Part shown: in pieces, positions 28,243-37,668 of the stretch
Layout: every line of letters starts with the position of its first letter
Numbering within the stretch: position 1 is the first letter of the stretch
Assembly: GCA_035291545.1 (NCBI GenBank)
Contig: DATDRW010000069.1
Span: 2,348 to 66,347 of the forward strand
Length of the DNA stretch: 64,000 nt
Source of the DNA: Acidimicrobiia bacterium
Lineage (GTDB): Bacteria; Actinomycetota; Acidimicrobiia; Spongiisociales; UBA11373
Direction: 5' to 3'
The notes under the pieces: generated by a model
Told to the model about the DNA's origin: nothing
Database searches by the model: none
Seen by the model: the letters and a program-made list of their open reading frames with translations, nothing else
Made by a program: the position numbers and the translations under genes

Positions 28243-29246
28243 CCCGGGTCACCCTCGTCATGGGCTCGGGCGGGGTCGGAAAGACGACGATCGCGGCCGG
28301 TCTCGCCGCATTGTCGGCGCAGCGGGGGTCACGCACCCTGGCGATCACGGTCGACCCGGCGCGTCGCCTCGCCGACGCCTTGGGGGTGGCGGTCGGCCTC
28401 GATCCCGGGGCCGTTGCCGGCTGGCCGCGACTCGATGCCTCCATGCTCGACGCCGCCGCCGCGTGGGAGAGCATCGCCCGTACCCACGCCGACACGGCCA
28501 CCGCGGCACGGCTCCTCACCAACCCGTACTTTCGAGCGGTCGCCGACCGCTTCCCGTCGGGCCAGGCCTACGCCGCCGGCGAGGAAGTCCTTCGTCATGC
28601 CCACGGCGGTTCTTACGACCACATCGTGGTCGACACCCCGCCGGCCGACGGGGGCCTGACGTTTCTCGCTGCACCGCGCAACATCAGGACCCTCATCGCG
28701 GGACGGGCGCTCCGCCTCCTCACCGGTCCCCGTCTCCCGGGGCGCCGACTCATCTACTCGATGACCGCCCGCCCCGCGTTGATGATCGCCGACTCGGTGC
28801 TCGGGGGCCGCCTCCTCGAGGACGTAGCCGAGTTCTTGCTCGACCTGAGCACGATCTACCCCGGGGTCGCCCGGAGGTCGCGCGAGGTGGAGCGTCTGTT
28901 CTCCGCGGCGACGATCGTTGCGGTGGCAACGCCCGATCCGGGGCCGATCGCCGAGGCCCGGCGGCTCATCACGGATCGGATCGGCACCACCGACTCGCCG
29001 CAAATCATGGTGTTCAACCGGGTGCTCCCCCCGGAATGGGCGAGCGCTCCCAGAGCCGCCGACCCGATCGGCGCCAACCTGCAGCGCTGGGCGGCCGAGG
29101 CGAGCCGCCACGACGCCCTGCGACGCGCCTTCGCCGCCAACACCGGCGTCAATCCTTTGACCATCCCCTGGTTGCCCGAGGCCCCCGGCACTCCGCAAGG
29201 GCTCGCCGACTTGATGGCCGCCGCCGGACTCGAACCCCTCAGCTGA
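28239..29246 (+). CDS. ArsA/Get3-family ATPase, the second gene of the pair.
   Basis: The P-loop is MGSGGVGKTT and the core is VDTPP. The TTG start overlaps the first gene's stop as TTGA. Confidence 0.7.
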   Translation: MTRVTLVMGSGGVGKTTIAAGLAALSAQRGSRTLAITVDPARRLADALGVAVGLDPGAVAGWPRLDASMLDAAAAWESIARTHADTATAARLLTNPYFRAVADRFPSGQAYAAGEEVLRHAHGGSYDHIVVDTPPADGGLTFLAAPRNIRTLIAGRALRLLTGPRLPGRRLIYSMTARPALMIADSVLGGRLLEDVAEFLLDLSTIYPGVARRSREVERLFSAATIVAVATPDPGPIAEARRLITDRIGTTDSPQIMVFNRVLPPEWASAPRAADPIGANLQRWAAEASRHDALRRAFAANTGVNPLTIPWLPEAPGTPQGLADLMAAAGLEPLS

Positions 29247-32200
29247 GCACTGAATCGGCGCCGAGCAGCGCCCGCAGATCGGCGTAGAGGGCGGCACGCG
29301 GCTCGACGGCGTGCTGCGATCCGATGCGCACCACCGTGGTCTTGCCTTCGGTCTCCAGGTGGGCGTACACCGGCACCGTGCCGGGATGATCGGCGAGAAT
29401 CGCCCCCAGCCTGGCGACGAGGTCCGCCGACATCGCCGCCGCCCGCACCCGCAGACGGACCGCGTGCTCCCGGGTGAGGTCGGGTTCGGACAGGTCGAGG
29501 GCGATGAGCTTGAGATCGTCTCCCCGCTGATCGACACGCGCCTTGACGACGAGGATGGCGTCCTCGCGAACGAAAGGTCCCTTCTCGGCGACCACCCGCG
29601 GAAAGCACACGACCTCCACGCTCGCCTCGAGGTCCTCCAGTGCGAAATAGAGCATCGGCTCTCCATTGCGGGTGTACCTGCGGCTGACCCCGGCGACGAT
29701 GCCTCCGACGGTGACCGTGGTCCCGTCGGCGACTTCGTCGAGCGATGCAATCGAGGCACGGGCCAGCGCGCGCAACTGGCTCTCCACTCCCAGCAAGGGG
29801 TGATCGGAGACGTAGAGCCCGAGCATCTCCCTCTCGAAGGCGAGTTTGACCTTCTTGTCCCACTCCTGGAAGGGGATGTCGACAGTGCCCGCCCGAACCG
29901 CGGGCTCCTCGGCTCCGAACAACGAGAACTGGCCCATGTCCTCGGCGCGGCGCCTGGTGATCGCAGCTTCGATCATCTGCTCGTACACCGTGATCAACCC
30001 CTTGCGGGAGGCGCTCGTAGTGTCGAAGGCTCCCGCCTTGATCAGCGACTCGATGGTCCGCTTGTTGAGCACCGCGGGGTCGACCCGGTCGACGAAGTCC
30101 TGGAACGAGGCGAAGACGCCGTTCTTGCGCCGCTCCTCGGTGACCAACTCGACAACACCCTCTCCCACGTTTCGGATCGCCGACAATCCGAACGGGATCG
30201 ACCCGTTGCGGGCGACGAAATCCGACTCGGAGGCGTTTACGTCGGGGACGAGCACCCGCACCCCCATGGTGCGGCACTCGCTGAGATACACCGCCGTGCG
30301 GTCCTTGTCGCGCTTCGACGAGGTGAGGAGTGCCGCCATGTACTCGGCCGGATGATGCACCTTGAGCCACGCCGTCTGATAGGCGACCAGGGCGTAGCCG
30401 GCGGCGTGCGGCTTGTTGAACCCGTAGCCGGCGAAATGGGAGACGAGGGCGAACAGCGACCGAGCCAGTTCGCGGGGATGGCCCTGCGAGACACATCCCT
30501 CGACGAAACTCTCCTCCTGCCTGGCCATGACCGCCGGGATCTTCTTCCCGATGGCCTTGCGCAGGGTGTCGGCCTCCGCCAGTGAAAAACCCGCCATCAC
30601 CTGGGCGGACTGCATCACCTGCTCCTGGTACACCATGATGCCGTAGGTCTCCGACAGGACCGGCTCGAGGTCGGGATGCGGGTATTCGATCGGCGACCGC
30701 CCGTTCTTGCGATCGGCGTACAGGAGGTGGGTACCGGCGCCGAGCGGACCCGGGCGATACAGCGAAATGAGCGCCATGAGATCCTGGAACCGGTCGGGCC
30801 GGAGGCTGCGCATGAGCGACCGCATCCCCGAACCCTCGAGCTGGAACACGCCCATGCCGTCGCCGCGGGAGAGCATCTCGTACACCACCGGGTCGTCGAG
30901 GGCGACGCCGTCGATGTCGGGGCGGGTCCCCGTGTTCTCCCCCACCAGCTCCAGACAGCGTTCGATCGTGGTGAGGTTGCGCAGCCCCAAAAAGTCCATC
31001 TTGAGCAGCCCGAGCTGTTCGATGGCGTGCATCTCGAACTGCGTCACCACCTCGGCGTCTTCGCCCTTCCGTTGGATCGGGACGATCGAGGTGAGCGGCT
31101 CCGGCGAGATCACCACCGCGGCGGCGTGGATCGAGTCCTGGCGTCGCAGTCCCTCCAGACCGCGGGCGGTGTCGATCACCCGGCGGGCGTCGGGATCGGA
31201 CGCGTAGAGCTCGCGCAGACCGGAGGCGTTTGTGAAGTAGTCCCGCTCGTAGTCCTCGGCCCCCGGTCCGGGAGGCGTGAGGCATTGGTCGATCGTGGCA
31301 TCCCGCCCGAGGATCGCCGGGGGCATCGCCTTGGCGATCCGGTCGCCGAGCCCGTAGGTGAAGCCGAGCACCCGTGCCGAATCACGCACGGCCTGGCGCC
31401 CCTTGATGGTGGAGAAGGTGACGACCTGGGCGACGTGGTCGGAGCCGTACTTCTCCGACGCGTACCGGATCATCTCCCCGCGGTACCGCTCGTCGAAGTC
31501 CATGTCGATGTCGGGCATCTCCCTCCGCCCCGGGTTGAGGAAACGCTCGAAGATGAGCCCGAACGTGATTGGGTCGACCTCCGTGATCCGGAGGCAATAG
31601 GACACGATCGAACCACCGGCGGATCCCCGCGCGGGCCCGGTGCGGATCCCATGCTCCCGGGCGTGCCGGATCAGGTCCCACACGATGAGAAAGTAGGCCG
31701 GGAAACCCATGGTCTCGATGACGGACAGCTCGTAGTCGAGCCGTTCGGCTACCGCTACGGGGATCGGGTCCCCGTAGCGGACCCGTGCCCCCTCGAAGGC
31801 GAGACGCCGCAGGTAGGAGGACTCGGTCTCGTCTGCCGGAACCGGAAAGTGGGGCAGCAGGATGTTCCCGAACTCCATCCGCACCTGGGCCCGTTCGGCC
31901 ACGAGCAGGGTGTTGTCGCAGGCACCGGGGAAACCGTCGTCCGGGAACAGGGCGCGCATCTCCCGGGCGGTCTTCACGTAGTAACCGCTCCCCTGGAAGG
32001 AGAAGCGCGTCGGATCCGACATCACCGAGCCGGTCTGGATGGACAGCAGGGCGTCATGGGCCTCGGCCTCCGACTCCCGGGTGTAGTGGCAGTCATTGGT
32101 GGCGAGCAGCGGTGCGCCGATGTCCCGCGAGATCTGGAGCAGGTCGGGGAGTACGCGCCGCTGCGCCTCCACGCCGTGATCCATCACCTCGACGAAGAAG

Positions 32201-32751
32201 GAGTCCTTTCCGAAGATGTCCTGGTACATCGCGGCCGCTTCCCGGGCCGCGGCGTAGTCGCGCTGTCCCCCGACGTTCCCCTCCTCCCCCGAGGCGTCGG
32301 GGGCGAGCAGTTGGGGCACGTGTCCGCCGAGACAACCGGTGGTCGCCACCAAACCTGCGGAATACCGGGCGAGCAGCTCGTGATCCATGCGCGGCTTGTA
32401 GTAGAAGCCCTCGAGGAACGCGGCGCTGGCGAGTTTGAGGAGGTTGGCGTAGCCCTCCTGGGTCACCGCGAGCAGGGTGATGTGGTAGCGCACCTCGTCG
32501 CGGCGCGGGGGGCGATCGAAGCGCGCCCCCGCGGTGAGGTACCCCTCCATGCCGATCACCGGGGTGAGGCCCGCGGCGGTGGCCTGCTGATAGAAGTCGA
32601 CGGCCCCGTACAGCACGCCGTGGTCGGTGAGCCCCACCGCCGGTTGGCCGTCGGCGGCCGCGGCGGAGACGACATCGGGAATCCGTGCCGCCCCATCGAG
32701 CATCGAGTACTCCGTATGGAGATGCAGGTGGACGAAGCTGCGGTCCGACAC
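29239..32751 (-). CDS. dnaE: DNA polymerase III alpha subunit
   Basis: The 1170-aa ORF has a PHP domain (FVHLHLHTEYSMLDGA), a polymerase core and an OB domain. Confidence 0.95.
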   Translation of the reverse strand: MSDRSFVHLHLHTEYSMLDGAARIPDVVSAAAADGQPAVGLTDHGVLYGAVDFYQQATAAGLTPVIGMEGYLTAGARFDRPPRRDEVRYHITLLAVTQEGYANLLKLASAAFLEGFYYKPRMDHELLARYSAGLVATTGCLGGHVPQLLAPDASGEEGNVGGQRDYAAAREAAAMYQDIFGKDSFFVEVMDHGVEAQRRVLPDLLQISRDIGAPLLATNDCHYTRESEAEAHDALLSIQTGSVMSDPTRFSFQGSGYYVKTAREMRALFPDDGFPGACDNTLLVAERAQVRMEFGNILLPHFPVPADETESSYLRRLAFEGARVRYGDPIPVAVAERLDYELSVIETMGFPAYFLIVWDLIRHAREHGIRTGPARGSAGGSIVSYCLRITEVDPITFGLIFERFLNPGRREMPDIDMDFDERYRGEMIRYASEKYGSDHVAQVVTFSTIKGRQAVRDSARVLGFTYGLGDRIAKAMPPAILGRDATIDQCLTPPGPGAEDYERDYFTNASGLRELYASDPDARRVIDTARGLEGLRRQDSIHAAAVVISPEPLTSIVPIQRKGEDAEVVTQFEMHAIEQLGLLKMDFLGLRNLTTIERCLELVGENTGTRPDIDGVALDDPVVYEMLSRGDGMGVFQLEGSGMRSLMRSLRPDRFQDLMALISLYRPGPLGAGTHLLYADRKNGRSPIEYPHPDLEPVLSETYGIMVYQEQVMQSAQVMAGFSLAEADTLRKAIGKKIPAVMARQEESFVEGCVSQGHPRELARSLFALVSHFAGYGFNKPHAAGYALVAYQTAWLKVHHPAEYMAALLTSSKRDKDRTAVYLSECRTMGVRVLVPDVNASESDFVARNGSIPFGLSAIRNVGEGVVELVTEERRKNGVFASFQDFVDRVDPAVLNKRTIESLIKAGAFDTTSASRKGLITVYEQMIEAAITRRRAEDMGQFSLFGAEEPAVRAGTVDIPFQEWDKKVKLAFEREMLGLYVSDHPLLGVESQLRALARASIASLDEVADGTTVTVGGIVAGVSRRYTRNGEPMLYFALEDLEASVEVVCFPRVVAEKGPFVREDAILVVKARVDQRGDDLKLIALDLSEPDLTREHAVRLRVRAAAMSADLVARLGAILADHPGTVPVYAHLETEGKTTVVRIGSQHAVEPRAALYADLRALLGADSVLS

Positions 32752-32871
32752 GGGCTCCTCGCCGACGAATTACAGGGGTGTGACCCGTGACGATACCAGG
32801 AGCCTCCCCGGCGTCGCCGTCCGGCATTCCGGGGCCCCGCCGGTGCGCCGTACACTTCCCGCGAACGGAGC

Positions 32872-33780
32872 GTGCAAATGGAACTGGGATATCAGGGTCG
32901 CCTCTTCATCCTCGCCTTCGATCACCGCGGCAGCTTCAAGAAAAAGATGTTCGGGATCGTGGACGAGACGCCGGTCGACACCCGGCGGCTGCGCGAGGCC
33001 AAGCGCCTGGTCTGGGAAGGCTTCACGCTGGCTCATGCCGCCGGTCTCCCCGAAGGTGCCGGGATCCTCGTCGACGAGGAGATGGGAGCAGCAGTTGCCC
33101 GCGAGGCCGCCGCACTCCATGTCCCCTTCGCCATGCCGGTGGAGCGATCGGGACAGGACACCTTCGACTTCGAGTACGGAGAGGATTTCCGCAAGCACAT
33201 CGAGGCCTTTGAACCCACCTTCGCCAAGGTCCTCGTGCGCTGGAATCCCGACGACGGCGGCGAGATCAAGCGGCTGCAGGGTGAGCGGCTCGCCGCTCTC
33301 GGCTCATGGCTCCACGAGTCCGGGCGGCGGTTCCTCTTCGAGTTGCTGGTCCCCGCCTCGGCGGCGCAGCTGGCGTCGGTCGGCGGCGATGCCCACGCCT
33401 ACGACACGCGCGTCCGCCCGGGGCTCATGCTCGAGGTCATCACCGAGCTGCGAGCCGCAGGCGTAGAGCCGGACGTGTGGAAGATCGAGGGGATCGACTC
33501 CCCCGCCGCGTGCCGCGAGATCGCCGCCCTCACCATGGCGGGAGGACGCGCCGGGGTGAAGTGCGTCGTGCTCGGGCGCGGTGCCGACGACGCCCGCGTC
33601 GATCACTGGCTGCGCACCGGAGCTCCCATCCCCGGTTTCGCCGGCTTCGCCATCGGCCGGTCGATCTGGTGGGATACGGTGGCAGCATGGCGAGATCGCT
33701 CGGCCTCCTTCGAGGATGCCGCCACCGCGATCGCCGCCTCCTACCGGCGCTTCATCGACGTCTACCTCGCGAACGCCTGA
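32872..33780 (+). CDS. DUF2090-family class-I-aldolase-like protein (similar to the LacD / IolC C-terminal domain)
   Basis: LAFDHRGSF parallels the LacD motif LAFDQRG, and a TIM-barrel-like pattern is present. The family call is from memory of the motif only. Confidence 0.45.
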   Translation: MQMELGYQGRLFILAFDHRGSFKKKMFGIVDETPVDTRRLREAKRLVWEGFTLAHAAGLPEGAGILVDEEMGAAVAREAAALHVPFAMPVERSGQDTFDFEYGEDFRKHIEAFEPTFAKVLVRWNPDDGGEIKRLQGERLAALGSWLHESGRRFLFELLVPASAAQLASVGGDAHAYDTRVRPGLMLEVITELRAAGVEPDVWKIEGIDSPAACREIAALTMAGGRAGVKCVVLGRGADDARVDHWLRTGAPIPGFAGFAIGRSIWWDTVAAWRDRSASFEDAATAIAASYRRFIDVYLANA

Positions 33781-33963
33781 GGTGACCCGCCTCTGATCGT
33801 GTCGATGGCGACTGTTCGGTGGATCCCGGAGGACCCACGACGGGTGGCGGCGGCGACGAGCGCTCGCACCGGCTGCGGCACCCGCGACGACGCTGCGGAT
33901 GACCGCGTTCGGCCCTGGGCAGTCGCCCCCGCGGCGGGATGCCGATCACCCGTCACACCCCGA

Positions 33964-35112
33964 TCAGTAGAGGAACATCGGCTTGCCGCCGACTTGCCGG
34001 ATCCGGGGCCGGTACTGATCCGAGTCATACAGCTCGGCGACATCGACGCGTTTCACTCCTTCGCGGGTGACCGAGAGCGGCACGTTGGTGTAGCTGCCGC
34101 CTCGCAGCACCACCAACCGTCCCGTAGCTCCCTCGAGCGCCAAGTCCGTCGCCATCGCCGCGTAGTTCATGGCCACCATCAGATCCAGCGAGTCGGGCGG
34201 CCCCGACCGCATCAGGTAGGACAAGACCTGCAGGATGATGCCCACGCCGGTGATGCGCTGGAGCTCCTCGCCCAACCGAGCGCCGATGCCACCCAGCTTG
34301 CGATGCCCAAAGGCGTCTCCTTCTCCCCGCAGGGCCATCTCGCCGCCCTCGAGCACGGCGCCTTCCGAGATCGTCACCATGGCGTAGTTGCTCGGATTCG
34401 CCGCCCGGTCGGCCATCAACAACCCGGCGAGCCTGTCGACGTCGACCGGGACCTCGGAGATGACGGCCCGATCGACTCCCGCCAGGTAGGCCGTGATCAG
34501 CGAGGTCTCCCCGCTGTACCTGCCGAACAGCTCGAGGACGGCCAAGCGCTCGTGGGAGCCGGTGCTCGTGCGCAGGTTGTGGATGAACTCGATGCCGCGG
34601 GTCACCGCGGTGGAGAAGCCGATGCAGTAGTCGGTCCCGTGCACGTCGTTGTCCATCGTCTTGGGGATGGCCACCACGGGTACGCCCTCCTCGTGGAGCC
34701 GCAGCCCATACGAGAGTGTGTCGTCACCCCCGATCGGAATGAGCACGTCGATACCAAGATGGTCGAGCACGCGCAGGGCATGGTCGGTGAGGTCCACGGG
34801 AGCCTCTCCCTCACCCCGCGGGGAGAGAAACTCGGGAACATCCCCGGGCCGCACCCTTGCCGGGTTGGTCCGCGAGGTGTGCAAGAAGGTTCCCCCACTC
34901 CGATCGACCGTCCTCACTATGCCCGGGGTGAGCGCCACGGTGTTGGCGGCCGCGGAGTCGGGGGCGTCGGGATTGGTCTCGACCAACGCCGCCCACCCCC
35001 GGCGGAGCCCGAGCACCTCATGGCCGGCCGCGGCGGCGCGGTTGACGACGGCCTTGATGCATGAGTTGAGGCCCGGGACGTCGCCGCCGCCCGTCAGAAT
35101 CCCAACACGCAT
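33964..35112 (-). CDS. pfkA: 6-phosphofructokinase (PfkA family, ATP- or PPi-dependent)
   Basis: From [16 protein letters not shown], with IGGDDT, MDND and GR.SGE-type motifs. The upstream 48 codons of ORF 33964..35256 were removed. Confidence 0.85.
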   Translation of the reverse strand: MRVGILTGGGDVPGLNSCIKAVVNRAAAAGHEVLGLRRGWAALVETNPDAPDSAAANTVALTPGIVRTVDRSGGTFLHTSRTNPARVRPGDVPEFLSPRGEGEAPVDLTDHALRVLDHLGIDVLIPIGGDDTLSYGLRLHEEGVPVVAIPKTMDNDVHGTDYCIGFSTAVTRGIEFIHNLRTSTGSHERLAVLELFGRYSGETSLITAYLAGVDRAVISEVPVDVDRLAGLLMADRAANPSNYAMVTISEGAVLEGGEMALRGEGDAFGHRKLGGIGARLGEELQRITGVGIILQVLSYLMRSGPPDSLDLMVAMNYAAMATDLALEGATGRLVVLRGGSYTNVPLSVTREGVKRVDVAELYDSDQYRPRIRQVGGKPMFLY

Positions 35113-35307
35113 GAGTCCAGCCCTCCTGTTCGCAATCTGCCACCGGGCGTGCTCGCGGCAGGACGTCGGGGCCGATGCCGCACCCGTAACCGACGCTCCC
35201 GCTCGGTCAATCGGGGCGATTGTACGAGGACGACGCGGTGTTCCGGGAGGAGCCAATCGGCCACCACACCGGAGACATGCCGAATCACCGTGGTCGCGGG
35301 GCCCCGA

Positions 35308-36190
35308 TCAGCGCAGCGCCTCGAGGACCCCGGCGAGGTCCGGGGGCAGAGGGCTGACGGCATCAACCCGGCCGCCCGTCACCGGATGGTCGAAGGCCAG
35401 CCGGGCGGCATGGAGAAAGACCCGGGGACTTCCTGCCGCCCTGCCGTAGACGGGGTCCCCGGCGACGGGGAGCCCAATCGTCGCCAGATGCACCCGGATC
35501 TGGTGGGTGCGCCCCGTTTCCAGCGTGACCCGCAGCAGGGTCATCTCACCGAGGCGCTCTTCCACACGGTAGTGGGTGGTGGCCGGGCGGCCCATGGGGT
35601 CCACCCGCATGCGCATCGGCCGCTCCGGGTCCCGGCCCAGCGGAGCCTCGATCGTACCCGTCGGGATGCTTGGGGCGCCGTGCACCAGGGCCAGGTACTC
35701 GCGGGAGACCCGGCGCCCCTTGATCGCCGCTCGCAGGCCGCGCTCGGCCTCCGCAGTGAGCGCCACGGCAAGCAGGCCGGAGGTGTCCCGGTCGAGGCGA
35801 TGCACGATCCCCCAGCGGTTCTCGCTGCCGATCCCGCGGACCGATGGCCAGCGGTGCAACACCCCGGCGGCGAGCGTCACTCCGGTGTCCCCCGCTCCCG
35901 GATGGGTCACCACACCCGCCGGCTTGTCGACCACGGCGAGGTGGGAGTCCTCGTAGACCACGGTGAAGGGCACCGCCGCCGGCTCGAGGGACGCCCGAGC
36001 CGGCGGCGCGTCGAAGGCGAGCACCCCGCCCGCCGACACGGCCTGCCCGGGTGCAGCCACGACGGCGCCGTCACAGGTGACCCCACCCGCCATGATCAAT
36101 GACCTGGCGGAAGCCCGGCTGATGCCGCCGAGTCGCGCCACGACGCGGTCGCATCGCTCCCCGTCGTACTCGACCGGAACCACCAACCTC
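35308..36190 (-). CDS. rluD: RluA-family pseudouridine synthase (RluD-like)
   Basis: An S4-like N-terminus is followed by the catalytic motif HRLDRDTSGLL. The GTG start overlaps the lspA stop as GTGA. Confidence 0.8.
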
Positions 36191-36668
36191 ACTTGCGGAA
36201 GAAGGCGAGGAACAGGATCAACACGGCGCCGACGGTGACCGCGGAATCCGCAGCATTGAACGCAGGGAAGAAGGAGAAGTCGATGAAGTCGACGACCTCC
36301 CCGTCGAACCACCCCCCGCCCCGAAACACGCGATCGGCGAGGTTCCCGAGCGCTCCCCCGAGCACGAGGCCGAGGGCGACGGCCTCAGGGACGATGTCGA
36401 TCTTCCTGACGAGCAGCACGATGAACACGACGATTGCGATCACCGCCAGTGCGATGATCGAACCGGCTCCTCGCAGCATGCTGAAGGAGGCACCGGAGTT
36501 GGTTACATAGCGGAGGTCGAGGAACCCGTCGATCACCACGATCGGTTCGCCGGGAAGCGTCGCCACCGCCCACCACTTCGCCAGCTGGTCGAGCACGAAC
36601 ACCCCGGAGGCAGTGACCACAGACCAGCGGAGCGGGGTCACCGGCGCGCCGACGCGCAGGTCACGCAC
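36189..36668 (-). CDS. lspA: Lipoprotein signal peptidase II
   Basis: The C-terminal 160 aa of ORF 36189..37085 match LspA (NSGASFSML, FNAADSAVTVG). The start is GTG about 36668 and is uncertain. Confidence 0.7.
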   Translation of the reverse strand: MRDLRVGAPVTPLRWSVVTASGVFVLDQLAKWWAVATLPGEPIVVIDGFLDLRYVTNSGASFSMLRGAGSIIALAVIAIVVFIVLLVRKIDIVPEAVALGLVLGGALGNLADRVFRGGGWFDGEVVDFIDFSFFPAFNAADSAVTVGAVLILFLAFFRK

Positions 36669-37011
36669 ATCTTCGTGTACGGGAGCGCGTCGAGACGGGC
36701 CACGGGAATCGCACCGCCGCAGACATCGCAGATGCCGTAGGTGCCTTCGACGATCCGGGCAAGGGCCTCCTCGACCTTGGAGAGGATGTCGCGGGTGTTC
36801 TCCAGGATGGACAACTCCTTTTCCATCTCGAAGGCGAGCGATCCCCCCTCGGCGGTGTTCGGGTCGGGGCTGCGATCGGAAGACGTCTCTGTGAGACGCA
36901 CCTCCTCGCGCGCCGCCTCGATGTCGCGGATCATCTCCTGCAGTCGCTGCCGCTCGTCCTCGAGACGTTGCCGAAATCGATCCTTCGTGGACTTGGCGAG
37001 AGCGCGAGCCA
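36638..37011 (-). CDS. DksA/TraR-family C4 zinc-finger protein
   Basis: It has a coiled-coil N-terminus and the CxxC...CxxC finger CDVCGGAIPVARLDALPYTKMCVTC. ATG 37011 has GGGAGG 6 nt upstream. Confidence 0.65.
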
Positions 37012-37097
37012 TAGAGCCTCCCTGGCGGCGAGCGACGATAGCACGCACGGGGGCTCATCCCCCCTTCCGATCGGCCCATCAACAAGACCCGGTGCCA

Positions 37098-37382
37098 TCA
37101 GGTGTTCCCGCCGGCGAGGGCGGCGCCGGCTGCGGCGAGCCCGACCCCGGAGACGAGGATCCGCTTGCGCCGCGAGGCGTGACCCGTGATGACCTGGGCG
37201 CGACGCCCCCCGAGACGGGCGGCAACCAGTCGAGCCGCCGCCCGGTTCGCCCCGCCCCCCTCGGCCGGTGCGGTGGTGCGCACCCGGAGCGCCCCATCGT
37301 GGATCCCCCCGATGGCATCGCGCGAGGACCCGGGAACCACCCACACCTCGACCACGACGCCGTCGGGATGCGCGGAGAGCAT
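37098..37382 (-). CDS. DUF167 (YggU/UPF0235) family protein
   Basis: MLSAHPDGVVVEVWVVPGSSRDAIGGIHDGALRVRTTAPAEGGGANRAAARLVA matches the YggU pattern. It was trimmed from ORF 37098..37589. Confidence 0.55.
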   Translation of the reverse strand: MLSAHPDGVVVEVWVVPGSSRDAIGGIHDGALRVRTTAPAEGGGANRAAARLVAARLGGRRAQVITGHASRRKRILVSGVGLAAAGAALAGGNT

Positions 37383-37393
37383 GGAGAGAAGAT

Positions 37394-37442
37394 AGGCACC
37401 AGGCACCAGGCACCAGGCGCCAGGCATCTGGCGTCTGGTATC
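37394..37442. repeat. GGCACCA heptamer tandem array followed by its partial inverse (ggcatctggcgtctggtatc).
   Basis: The sequence is ggcaccaggcaccaggcaccaggcgccaggcatctggcgtctggtatc. It lies in the divergent spacer between the DUF167 gene and the ileS leader and belongs to the same motif family as 7083-7740. Confidence 0.5.
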
Positions 37443-37668
37443 TTCTTGGCCACGGCGCCGAAGGGGACGCGCCGCCTGGAAGCCGACGCCGGCGCCCGGG
37501 CGGACATCACCCCCGAGCCGCGGGAAGAACCGGTCCCCGGTGTAGAACCCGCCGCCTCGTCCCCCGACACGGGACCCTGGAGAGGCCACCGCGAGGTGGC
37601 AAGCCGGGTGGCACCGCGGGCCTCATGCTCGTCCCGGCGGCAGCGACGCCGACCGAGGACGAACGACG
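37440..37668 (+). promoter_or_regulatory. T-box riboswitch leader of ileS
   Basis: The conserved T-box sequence GGGTGGCACCGCGG is at 37606-37619, about 50 nt before the ileS ATG. It is followed by a GC hairpin that could sequester the ribosome-binding region. An AGAGA-like element sits upstream, and an AUC (Ile) codon (gacAUCacc) is a candidate specifier. Confidence 0.55.
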
